Assembly (NCBI GenBank): GCA_965218295.1
Contig: CBDCKN010000009.1
Coordinates: 384,001 to 448,000, forward strand
Length of the DNA: 64,000 nt
DNA from: Longimicrobiales bacterium
Lineage (GTDB): Bacteria; Gemmatimonadota; Gemmatimonadetes; Longimicrobiales; Gaopeijiaceae
Direction: 5' to 3'
Shown here one piece after another: positions 1 to 9,045 of this stretch. The notes under the pieces are model-generated. The model was not told the DNA's origin. It worked only from the letters and a program-made list of their open reading frames with translations, and made no database searches. Within the stretch, counting starts at the first letter, position 1; every line of letters starts with the position of its first letter. The translations under genes and the position numbers were made by a program.

Positions 1-915
1 CTCCACCGCCGGGGCGTTTCTGGGATCGGCGAGCAACGTTCGTATGGCGCCCGCGATGGCAGTGCCCTCCACCCCGGCGACTCCGCTGAAGTACGCCCGG
101 GTGACCTCGTTCAGTATGACCGGGAACCGATACTCGCTGATCCGTAGGAGCGCGTTCATCAGGTCGTAGATGGCGTTGTCGTCACGGGGCTGAGAGCTGT
201 GGCCCCCCGGGTTCGTGGCCCTGAGGTTGAAGCTCTGGTAGACCTTCTCGCTGGCCTGGACCGAGTTCAGCTGGTTCTCGCCGTCCTTGATGGCTCCTCC
301 CCCGCCCTCGTTCAGAGCGTAGGCGGCGTCGATAAGGTCGCGCCGGTTCTGAATGAGCCACTGCACTCCGTTGAACTGGCCACCTTCCTCGTCCGCTGTG
401 AGCGCCACGATGATGTCCCGGTCCGGCACGAACCCTTCCTGCTTGTAGCGGATCAGGTTAGCCGTGTAGATGGCGGCCTCGTCCTTATCGTCGGTGACCC
501 CTCGACCGTGGTAGTAGCCGTCCTGCTCGATGAACGTCCACGGATCCATGCTCCAGTCCGTGGGCAGGGCTTCCACGACGTCGAGGTGAGCCAGAAGAAG
601 GATCGGCGGCCGCCCCGTGTTGGCGCCACGGAGACGGGCGACCAGGTTCATCTTTCTCTCGTTGGGTCCCACGACCTGGACGTCCTGCGGCCGAAATCCG
701 GCATCGAGTAGGCGCCGGGCCATGGCAACCGCAGCGGCTGTCGTTCCGGCCGAGTCCACCGTGTTGATCTCGATGAGCTCGCGGAAGATCTCGCGGGCCA
801 GCTCCTGATGGGGCTCCAGGGTGATCTTCTGGGCGGCGGCGCGTGGGGTGGCGAAGGCGGCTCCGACCACTATCGCCGAGGCAGCCAGGAGTATCCGTGT
901 CGGCCTGCTATTCAT
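1..915 (-). CDS. M20/M25/M40 family metallopeptidase with signal peptide (3' end runs off the window)
   Basis: Manual translation from ATG at 915 gives MNSRPTRILLAAS..., LLLAHLDVVEA, GRGVTDDKD, LTADEEGG, LNEGGGG, GGHSSQP, which are M20 metal-binding motifs. Absent from the ORF track because it has no stop in the window. Confidence 0.9.
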   Translation of the reverse strand, partial: MNSRPTRILLAASAIVVGAAFATPRAAAQKITLEPHQELAREIFRELIEINTVDSAGTTAAAVAMARRLLDAGFRPQDVQVVGPNERKMNLVARLRGANTGRPPILLLAHLDVVEALPTDWSMDPWTFIEQDGYYHGRGVTDDKDEAAIYTANLIRYKQEGFVPDRDIIVALTADEEGGQFNGVQWLIQNRRDLIDAAYALNEGGGGAIKDGENQLNSVQASEKVYQSFNLRATNPGGHSSQPRDDNAIYDLMNALLRISEYRFPVILNEVTRAYFSGVAGVEGTAIAGAIRTLLADPRNAPAVE

Positions 916-918
916 ACG

Positions 919-1608
919 TCACGTCTCCGACTTCATAACGGTATCGATCCATGCCCGTGTCGAGTCCACGAGCTCGTCCAGCACTTCCTCGTCGGTCCGC
1001 CCCGAGCGCTTCAGGACGTGGAAGCTATGGTCGGCTCCCTCGACGACGTGCAGCGTAGCCCTCTCTCCCAAACCTTCGCAAACCGGTGCCAGCAGGTCCA
1101 GGGGGGCGAACTTGTCGCGGGGCCCCTGGAAAAAGAGCATGGGGACCGTGACGTCCCTGAGGTGATCGGCCCGTTCGACACCCGGTTTGCCCACGGGATG
1201 GAGAGGGAAGCCGTAGAAGACGATGCCCCGCACGCCCCCGAGCGGCTCCCTGGCTCCGGCCATGGAGGTCATCCGCCCACCCATGGACTTGCCGCCGGCG
1301 AAAAGTGGTACCCCGCCGGCAATGTCATTAGCAGCCGCCACCGCGGACCGCACCGTTTTCAGCAGAACGGGTCGGTAGTCCGGTCTCCTGCTCCCCTTCT
1401 CCATGTAGGGAAACTGGTACCGGAACGTGGCGACACCCTGGTCCGCCAGCCGCTCTGCCGCGGCCTCCATGAAGCGGTGGCGCATGCCGGCACCGGCTCC
1501 GTGCCCGAAGACGAGGAAGCAGCGGGCCTCGGTCGGCTCGAGGAGCAGAGCCGAGACCTCGCCGGAACTCTCCGTGGCCTGGAAGCGGTGCTCGCTAAGG
1601 GTGTGCAG
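919..1608 (-). CDS. alpha/beta hydrolase (KANL3/Tex30-like)
   Basis: GGKSMGGR nucleophile elbow, QGPRD and GADHSF. The frame extends upstream of the track start (1485) through HGAGAG to a CTG at 1608 preceded by GGAGG. Confidence 0.85.
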   Translation of the reverse strand: MHTLSEHRFQATESSGEVSALLLEPTEARCFLVFGHGAGAGMRHRFMEAAAERLADQGVATFRYQFPYMEKGSRRPDYRPVLLKTVRSAVAAANDIAGGVPLFAGGKSMGGRMTSMAGAREPLGGVRGIVFYGFPLHPVGKPGVERADHLRDVTVPMLFFQGPRDKFAPLDLLAPVCEGLGERATLHVVEGADHSFHVLKRSGRTDEEVLDELVDSTRAWIDTVMKSET

Positions 1609-1631
1609 CGGGCCCTCCGCCTACGCTCCAA

Positions 1632-2807
1632 TCACGGTACCTGGATCGCCACGGAGAACCGCGTGCGATCCCAATCGAGGTGGAGCATGCCGCCATCGGT
1701 CGTCTCTTCCAGCGAGATTGTGAAGCGTTCCAGCATCTCGGGGAGCGACGACGTGGTCATCTCCACCGTGGCGAAGTCGTTCGCAGGGTCATAGGAGGCT
1801 CCCCCCTGACCCGTCTCACTGTTGATGATCAGCTGCTGGGAGTCGGCGGAATACGTCGACCAGAGCGTGTAGCTACCGGCCGGTACGTTCGCTCCCCCGA
1901 TCACGAGGGCCCTGTCCGCCGTAAAGACCGTCGCCGCGTTCGCGCCAGTCCGCCACACCTCCCCGTGGGGTACCAGCCCTCCCCAGATGTCCCGGCCACG
2001 CTTGGCCGGCTGGGAGTATGCGATCTCGATGGTGACACCCTGCACCGTTCCCTGGGTGGTAGCGGCGGGCGACGGGACACCGATGCCCTCACCGCGCGCG
2101 TCCATGTCCGCCCATGTGACGGCCAGCCCGTCCAAATCGAGCTGCGCCACCTTTTCGGTGACGATGTCCACGGTGGTGGGCGTGCCGTCGGCGCCGAGAA
2201 TGTTACCGTCCGCGTCGGCCCAGGCCTTCAGAGGGGAACCGAAGAAGTTGATGGCCACCGTGTCGCCGGCCAAGCGCCCGACGGTGTTGCTCACGGGCTG
2301 GGGGCGGGTGGGGTACACCAGCTCGACGGCGTGTTCGTCGGCACCGGAGGCCTGGGCCTGCCGCATCGCCTGCTCGAAGGCGAACATGGCGATGAAGGCC
2401 CTTCCCAGCGTCGGAATCGCTCCGGGCCCCACGTCGAAGCTGTTCGTTCCGGGGTTCTGCCCGCCGACACGCTCCACCGTGGCCGTGCCATCGGCGATGG
2501 TGGTGGTCCAGGACCGCGGTGCCGGACCCTCCGGATTCTCCGCCGGGGTGCTCATCTCCGCCTCCAGATGGGAGATGGTCCCGTCGGGGTTGAGGTCTGC
2601 CGCGTACGTGATCCGCTGCGTGTACGGTAGTCGGGTGACCAGCTGGCCTTCGATCCTCGTGTCGGTCCGCGTGAACGCCTCGATGGTAAGGGTGTCGCTT
2701 CCCAGCCTGGACACGAACGCGGCCGGGCCCGACTCCCCAGGCTCGCAGCCCAGGCTCACTACGGTCAGGGCTAGGACGCCCCAACTTAGGTTCCCATTCG
2801 CATATGA
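1632..2807 (-). CDS. DUF2911 domain lipoprotein
   Basis: Lipobox-like SLGC; C-terminal YSQPAKRGR-IWGGLVP-GEVWRTGANAAT typical of DUF2911. Confidence 0.8.
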   Translation of the reverse strand, partial: SYANGNLSWGVLALTVVSLGCEPGESGPAAFVSRLGSDTLTIEAFTRTDTRIEGQLVTRLPYTQRITYAADLNPDGTISHLEAEMSTPAENPEGPAPRSWTTTIADGTATVERVGGQNPGTNSFDVGPGAIPTLGRAFIAMFAFEQAMRQAQASGADEHAVELVYPTRPQPVSNTVGRLAGDTVAINFFGSPLKAWADADGNILGADGTPTTVDIVTEKVAQLDLDGLAVTWADMDARGEGIGVPSPAATTQGTVQGVTIEIAYSQPAKRGRDIWGGLVPHGEVWRTGANAATVFTADRALVIGGANVPAGSYTLWSTYSADSQQLIINSETGQGGASYDPANDFATVEMTTSSLPEMLERFTISLEETTDGGMLHLDWDRTRFSVAIQVP

Positions 2808-3067
2808 CATCTTCGTCTCCTTCGTGGGCAGCGGGTCATCCCCCATCCGCTGCCGGTTTCGAAACCTTCGTCGCCCATTTGTCGTACCAGGCCAGGTACC
2901 GCTCCAGCCGGTCAGTGCAGTCCTCTACGGTCTGGAGCGTCGTCGTGAATTCGGGTCAAGCGTGTCCGACTCCCCGAGCCCGGCATACTCTATATCGGGG
3001 ATTGTGCGTCAGCGGGCGAGGGCGTGCAAGCCGATGTCCGCCGTTCCACCGCCGAGGAGGGAGTCAC

Positions 3068-3613
3068 ATGAGTGATCGACGCTTGGAGGTCGCTACGCTA
3101 GGCGGCGGCTGCTTCTGGTGTCTGGAGGCCGTGTATGAGCTCCTTCAGGGTGTGGAGACCGTGATCTCGGGAGCGTCCGGCGGCCACGTCGTGAACCCCA
3201 CCTATCAGGATCTCTGTTCGGGACGCTCCGGGCACGCGGAGGTGGTTCGGATCGAGTTCGACACTGCGGTCACGACCTACCGCGAAATCCTCGACGTCTT
3301 TTTCGCCACCCACGACCCCACCACCCTCGATCGGCAAGGAGCCGACGTGGGGCCCCAGTACCGCTCCGTGATCTTCTATCACTCGCCCGAGCAAAAGGAG
3401 ACGGCCGACGCCGTCATTGCCGAGCTCACGACCGACGGCGTCTGGAAGGACCCCATCGTCACCGAGGTGGTGCCCTTCGAGCTCTTCTATCCGGCCGAAG
3501 ACTACCACCAGGGCTACTATCGGGAGAACGGGAGCCAGCCCTACTGCAGGGTCGTCATCGATCCGAAGGTTGCGAAGCTGAGGGCCAGGTTCACCCATAA
3601 GCTGAAGGTATAG
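3068..3613 (+). CDS. msrA: peptide methionine (S)-sulfoxide reductase
   Basis: GGGCFWC, GHAEVV, HDPTTLDRQGADVGPQYRS, AEDYHQ; GGAGG RBS before ATG 3068. Confidence 0.95.
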   Translation: MSDRRLEVATLGGGCFWCLEAVYELLQGVETVISGASGGHVVNPTYQDLCSGRSGHAEVVRIEFDTAVTTYREILDVFFATHDPTTLDRQGADVGPQYRSVIFYHSPEQKETADAVIAELTTDGVWKDPIVTEVVPFELFYPAEDYHQGYYRENGSQPYCRVVIDPKVAKLRARFTHKLKV

Positions 3614-3626
3614 CAGGCTTCCCCCC

Positions 3627-5527
3627 TCACCCGCCTTGGCCCACCCAGGCCACCAGGAAGCGTCCGACAGTGACGGCTTCGGGATAGCGAGCCTGTAGGG
3701 CCTCGAGCAGATCCGGCGCCACCGGACTCGAGTAGCTCGGCCGCCTGTTGATCACGACGACATCGACGCCGTGCTCGTCTATCTCGGCGAGGATGCGCTC
3801 GGTGCGACCCTCCGGGTCTTCGAAGAGGTCGTAGAAGGAGGCGAGCGGGTTCTTGAGACCCGTGAGGAAGTACACCTCGGGGCTGTCCGGAATGGCGAGA
3901 AGGTACTCGCTGCCGCCGTGCTCTTCGATGATCTCGACCAGCGTCTCGTACACGCTCTTCTCCACCGGCGACACGCGGATGCCCCGAGCCCGTTCGAGCA
4001 CGAAAGGCTCTGTCTGATCCGGTGGGCGGATGAACATCGGGTTCATGTGCAGGATAATCACCCCGAGTACGAGCATGATACACACATGAACGCGTCCGCT
4101 TAGCCGCGTGTCGGCGTGGCCGCCGATCGAGAGGGTCAGCAGCACGGCGACCGGCGCGACGAAGAAGACGTACGGGCTGGCGGGCGTGGGCAGGTGCACG
4201 AGCGTGAGCAGTGCGGTGGCCGCGAGCACGAGGAAGCGAAGAGGCGCGCTTGGCTCGCCCCTACCGTTTGACAAGCCCTTGCTAGCCGCCCGCCCGCCGC
4301 GAGCGACCACGCGCCGGCCAGGACGAGCACGGGGATCAGCGCCCCGAGATGGAGGATGACCTCGACGTGGAGCTGCACGTTCCCCTCGAGCGCGAGCAGG
4401 ACGGCCAGCGCAGCGATCAGGACCGCCCCCGCGACCCGGCGACCGGCGTCGCCGGTGCTCGGCGCTCGCGCGACGAGCCACACGGCGACGCCGGCGGCGA
4501 GGATGCCACGCGGGGCGGGGAAGGGGGCCGTGACCCGCTCGAAACGTGCGAAGGGCAGCACCAGCACACCGTGTACCAGGTCGCCCAACCCGCCTGCGAG
4601 CAGGTAGGGAACCGTTAGCAGGAGAACGGGCAGGGCGGCGCCCGCGAGCAGAATCGAGGTCGACCGGGCCAGAGCGGTGAATCTCGCGCCGGCCGAGCGG
4701 CCGGACGAAGTCCGCAGCCGGTCGAATAGCACCGCCACCACCGTGAGGGTAGGCGTAGCGTAGTAGAGAATTCCCACGACTCCGCCGCTGCGGCCGGCGA
4801 GCAGGAGGACGACGGCTACGAGCAGTCCGAGGATGACCACGACGACGGCTCGGTACGACGTGTCCGAAGTGCGGGGCGGCTCGTCACTTCCGGTCGACCC
4901 ACCGGCGGCGGCTCCGGACGTGCTGCGGTCGTGTCCCGCGTGCTCTACGTAAACCAGGAAGAGAAAGGCCGCCGTCAGGAAGTAAAGGCCGATGATCTTA
5001 AAGGTGACGGACACGCCGCCTGCCAGACCCGCCACGAAGAGCCACGAGGCGTGTCCGGTGTCGAGATACCGGACCAGCGCCACCATGCCCCAGGTAGCCA
5101 GGAAAAGGTTGTACCAGCTCGGCATGCCCTCCGAGTACATGGGCAGGGTCAGCGCTGCCGCGAGCAGTGTGGCGGTCGCCGCCAGTAGGCGCGGGGCGCA
5201 CCGGTTGGCCAGGTACCAGACCACCGGAATCCAGAGCACATACGCGCCGTAGAGTACCCAGCGCATCGGCGCGATGCCGACCCCCGCGAGCGCGAACGCG
5301 AGCGCGTTCAGGAAGGCGAGGCCGCCGGTGTACACGTCGGTGAAGTCTCGGTGGGGGAGCTCGCCGGCGAGCACGCGTTCGGCGGCATGACCCAGCGTGC
5401 CCGCGTCCCAAGGGATCCACCCGCGGTAGAGGTAGAGCAGGGCGTAGCCCGCGCAAGCGGCCCAGATGGCGAACCCAAGCCACCGTGCCGTGCTCAACCG
5501 TTCCAGCGACCGCTCCAAGCTCGTCAT
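3627..5527 (-). CDS. polytopic GT-C (ArnT/PMT-like) membrane glycosyltransferase, frameshifted at about 4230-4300
   Basis: N-terminal WDAG...GELPHRDF..VYTGG motif and many TM helices. The hydrophobic reading continues in the overlapping ORF 3627..4481. Confidence 0.7.
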
Positions 5528-5528
5528 G

Positions 5529-6176
5529 TCAGTTGGAACGCGTGCTGCGCACGAGCACGTGTGGATGCAGGTAGCCGCGGTCTACGCGCTCGTCTACGAC
5601 GTCGACGAATCCCGTATCTGAAACGTCGCGCGCGAGATCCTGCACGCTCTGGAAGTGGAGCTTGTCCCCCAAGGTGAGGTTTGCCAGGCGCACCGCGAAG
5701 AACTCTTCCGCAGCGGCGGGCCAGAACTTCCATCGGGGCCGAACGTCGAGTTCCTTCACCAGCAGGCTCCCTCCGGGTCGGAGGGCGTCTCGACACGCCT
5801 GCAGCACACTTCGCTTCTCCTCGGCGGGCAGCAGGTAGAGCACGTCGAAGATCGTGATGCAGTCGAAGTCAGCGCCGGGAATGTCCAGCGCTGAGCCTCG
5901 ATGGAGTTCGAGGTCCCTGGCGTCGGCACTTTGGGCGATCTCAAGCTTTCTCGGGTCGGGATCAACGCCTACCAGTTTCAGGCCTGGGCGTTCGAGTGAC
6001 AGGTAGGTGAGCCAAAGACCGGAGCCGCAGCCCAGATCGAGCAGTCGGCCCCCTTCGGGAACGTGCGACAACACGCGATCGAACGGACTGACGCTCCAGC
6101 GGATGAATCCGTAGGCGCGGGGGCCGAGGTCGAGGCCTCGGTACCTCGCGAGTACACGCCCCGCGCCCGCGGACAT
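5529..6176 (-). CDS. class I SAM-dependent methyltransferase
   Basis: LLDLGCGSG motif I, FDCITIFDVLY, LRPGG. The ATG at 6176 overlaps the upstream stop (TGATG). Confidence 0.85.
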   Translation of the reverse strand: MSAGAGRVLARYRGLDLGPRAYGFIRWSVSPFDRVLSHVPEGGRLLDLGCGSGLWLTYLSLERPGLKLVGVDPDPRKLEIAQSADARDLELHRGSALDIPGADFDCITIFDVLYLLPAEEKRSVLQACRDALRPGGSLLVKELDVRPRWKFWPAAAEEFFAVRLANLTLGDKLHFQSVQDLARDVSDTGFVDVVDERVDRGYLHPHVLVRSTRSN

Positions 6177-6970
6177 CAGGCCGGCTCCGGGGTGGCTCCG
6201 TCGGACCGGCGCGCACGAACGATCAGCCCGACACCCATTGGCAGGTCGCCGATGCGCATCAGCGACCCCTCGAGCGAGAGTAGGCCTGCCAGCATCTGGT
6301 TCACGGGCCACGGGGGCAAGAAGAAGCCACTCATGCCTTCGTCGCTCTCCACCTTCTTCTTCGGCAACAGCCGCTGGAGCAGCCGTACGGTCGCGATCGC
6401 GGGGAACAGGAATGCGTTCACGTAGGTGAGCTGCTCGATCTGCCAGCCGGTGTCGCGCACGCGTTGCTCGAGCTCGCGCCACCGATACCGCCGAACGTGG
6501 TGCACCGCGTCATCGTGTGTGCTCCACAGCCACCTGTGCGCGGAGGTCATGAGCAATAGGTGCCCTCCGGGTTTGGTCACACGGCGCATCTCCTCGAGCA
6601 TGCCGACGTCGTCGGGCACGTGCTCGATCACGCCGAGCGCGGTGACCAGGGCGAACGTCCGGTCTGGCATCGGGAGTTCGGTCGCCGAGCCCACCAGGAC
6701 CTTCGGCCAGCCGCGGTCACGGGCGAACGCCGCGGCCGACGGCGAGTAGTCGACGCCATACGGACGACCATAGGTCTCGAGCAGCGCGAGGTTGCCGCCG
6801 GTGCCACAACCCACGTCCAACACCTTCCAGGGCGGCTCGCTCTGCCGGCCCTCCCCCCCTTCGCCCGACACGATCCGAGAGAGTTGCTTCCGATAGATCT
6901 CTCGCATGCCGAGGAACCACCAATGGGATTCCTCGATCTCTCGGGTTTGCACGTACACCAGTTCCTGCAT
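6176..6970 (-). CDS. class I SAM-dependent methyltransferase
   Basis: EESHWWF, VLDVGCGTG, VIEHVPDD, WSTHD...HVRRY; this type is usually found next to GT2 genes. Confidence 0.9.
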   Translation of the reverse strand: MQELVYVQTREIEESHWWFLGMREIYRKQLSRIVSGEGGEGRQSEPPWKVLDVGCGTGGNLALLETYGRPYGVDYSPSAAAFARDRGWPKVLVGSATELPMPDRTFALVTALGVIEHVPDDVGMLEEMRRVTKPGGHLLLMTSAHRWLWSTHDDAVHHVRRYRWRELEQRVRDTGWQIEQLTYVNAFLFPAIATVRLLQRLLPKKKVESDEGMSGFFLPPWPVNQMLAGLLSLEGSLMRIGDLPMGVGLIVRARRSDGATPEPA

Positions 6971-6973
6971 GGG

Positions 6974-7840
6974 TCAGGCGGCCAAGTCGGCGAAGGTGCT
7001 CAGCGAGTAGCCCTCTCGCTCGAGCGAGTTCCTTAGCTCCGGATCAGTCAGCGCGGCGGTCTCACCACTCCAGTCGTATCCCCAAGGGCACCGCTCCTGG
7101 AGCGAGCGTGACGTGACGCCCGGGTGGGCGACCAGCTCAGCGACCCCCCCGCCCGCCTTGTCGGTTCTCAGGCCGCGCAGGATGCGATCGGTGCTCAGGT
7201 GTCCGCTGTGGCCCAACGCGGGGGTCGAGTCGGGCGAACGGAGCGGCCGCAGCGAGGCGCGCCGCACGCTTTGCAGCACGTTCAGCCCGGATCTCATCAC
7301 CATTAGAGTCGGGCTCGGCGTCCCGGCCCCGATCGGATCGAAGCGGGGAACGCGGATCCAGCGGATGTCGTTTTCGAGCGCCAGCTCCACGACGGCCGGC
7401 CAGATCGTGGGCAGTAGGTGAACGTGTTGGTGGGCGTCCAAGTGGCTCGGCCGGATGCCGACCTCGAGCAGCTTGGCAAGTTGGGCCTCGAGTTCACGGC
7501 GCACCGCCTTTCCGGAGACCTGTCCGGTGAGCACCCGGCCGACCAGGGCCGAATGGTCCTTCGGAAACTGGCCGTCAGACCGGGCCAGTCCTCCCAGCGA
7601 CTTCGCCGGCGAGAGCGGGCGCTCTTCGACCAGTGTGAGATGCAGCCCGATATCCAAGTGGGGACACCGGGCACAGGTCGCTACGCCGTCCTCGAACGCC
7701 TCAGCGACTACCGAGAACGAAGCGCTCGTAACGATGCCTTCCCGATGTGCCTTTTCGATGCCTCGGTTGATGTCCGTGTGCAAACCGAGGTCGTCGGCGT
7801 TCACGATGAGGATGCGATCAGCTGGGCCGGAGCCGGCCAC
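6974..7840 (-). CDS. YdjC/ChbG/HpnK family carbohydrate deacetylase
   Basis: IVNADDLG, IGLHLTL, SHLDAHQHVH, ELVAHPG. Confidence 0.92.
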   Translation of the reverse strand: MAGSGPADRILIVNADDLGLHTDINRGIEKAHREGIVTSASFSVVAEAFEDGVATCARCPHLDIGLHLTLVEERPLSPAKSLGGLARSDGQFPKDHSALVGRVLTGQVSGKAVRRELEAQLAKLLEVGIRPSHLDAHQHVHLLPTIWPAVVELALENDIRWIRVPRFDPIGAGTPSPTLMVMRSGLNVLQSVRRASLRPLRSPDSTPALGHSGHLSTDRILRGLRTDKAGGGVAELVAHPGVTSRSLQERCPWGYDWSGETAALTDPELRNSLEREGYSLSTFADLAA

Positions 7841-8929
7841 TCATGCTTCCTTCACGGATGGAGTGACGGGCTCGGGCAGGGACTCCGTCTTGGTCGTGGC
7901 TGGCTCCGCGGACGGGCTCCCGACGTCGGCCGCTTCTTTGAACGACGATGCGCGCACGACGTACGTCGGCCGACCCTTCGTCTGGTCGTACGCACGCCCC
8001 AGGTATTCGCCGAGCAGCCCAATCCCGATGAGTTGAGCGCCACCGAGGAAAGTGATCGCGGCGGCTAGGGTTGCCCAGCCGGGCGGGGAGACGGCCGTCT
8101 CTCCCGTGATGAGCGCGTACGCACCCGCGACTACAGCGACGACACCGTACAAGAATGAGAGGAAGGCGAGCGAGATACCGACCACGGTGAAGAGTCGCAG
8201 CGGCAGGATCGAGAACGAAAAGATTCCGGTGGTCACCAGACGGAGCAGCTGCCGGAAGGCGTACTTCCCCTCGCCGGCGAAGCGGGGGCGCACTTCGTAG
8301 TCGAGTCCGATTTGCCGGAAGCCGATCCAGTCGACGAGGCCGCGAAGGAACTTCTCGCGCTCGGGCATCGCAACGAGCGCGTCCACCACGGCCCGGTCGA
8401 GCAGGCGGAAGTCGGACTGACCGAACTGCAGCTTCATCCCCGACACGAAGCGGAGCACACCGTACCCCATCTTCATGAACAGGCGGCGGTGCAGCGAGAG
8501 CGCCTGCAGGGAGCCTCGTTTGATGGTGTACACGACGTCGTACCCGGACCTCCAGAGCTCCACCATCTCGGGCAGCAGCTCCGGCGGGTGCTGAAGGTCG
8601 GCGTCCATGGAGACCACGACGTCACCTCGTGCGTGCTCCAACCCCGCCACGATGGCCGCCTGGTGTCCGAAACTCCGGGAAAGGCTCACGTATCGGACGC
8701 GCGGGTCACCCGCGTGCAGCTCTTCGAGAAGGGAGAGCGTGCCGTCCTCGCTGCCGTCATCCACGACGATGAGCTCGAAGTCGTCTGCGAGTTTAGGCAG
8801 GACCGCACACAACTCATTGACCAGTCGTTCCAGACCCTCGGCCTCATTCAGCGCCGGGGTGACGACCGTTAGCAGACGGGGGCGGGCCCGGCTCGGTGTT
8901 CCGGTGGGCGGGGAAGAGTTGTCGGACAA
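7841..8929 (-). CDS. GT2 polyprenyl-phosphate glycosyltransferase (GtrB/ArnC-like)
   Basis: VDDGSED, SRSFGHQAA, MDADLQHPP, SDFRLLDR, two C-terminal TM helices, GEYLGR. Confidence 0.93.
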   Translation of the reverse strand: MSDNSSPPTGTPSRARPRLLTVVTPALNEAEGLERLVNELCAVLPKLADDFELIVVDDGSEDGTLSLLEELHAGDPRVRYVSLSRSFGHQAAIVAGLEHARGDVVVSMDADLQHPPELLPEMVELWRSGYDVVYTIKRGSLQALSLHRRLFMKMGYGVLRFVSGMKLQFGQSDFRLLDRAVVDALVAMPEREKFLRGLVDWIGFRQIGLDYEVRPRFAGEGKYAFRQLLRLVTTGIFSFSILPLRLFTVVGISLAFLSFLYGVVAVVAGAYALITGETAVSPPGWATLAAAITFLGGAQLIGIGLLGEYLGRAYDQTKGRPTYVVRASSFKEAADVGSPSAEPATTKTESLPEPVTPSVKEA

Positions 8930-9045
8930 TGCGATCTCCGGGTGCCGAGTGCAGTTCGGGGCGTGACTACAATATGCGTCGCGCGACTCGAAGAAGGGTA
9001 GCAGTCTACGGGCGTAGCCGTTTTGCCCCGAGTCGCGCAGGCCCC

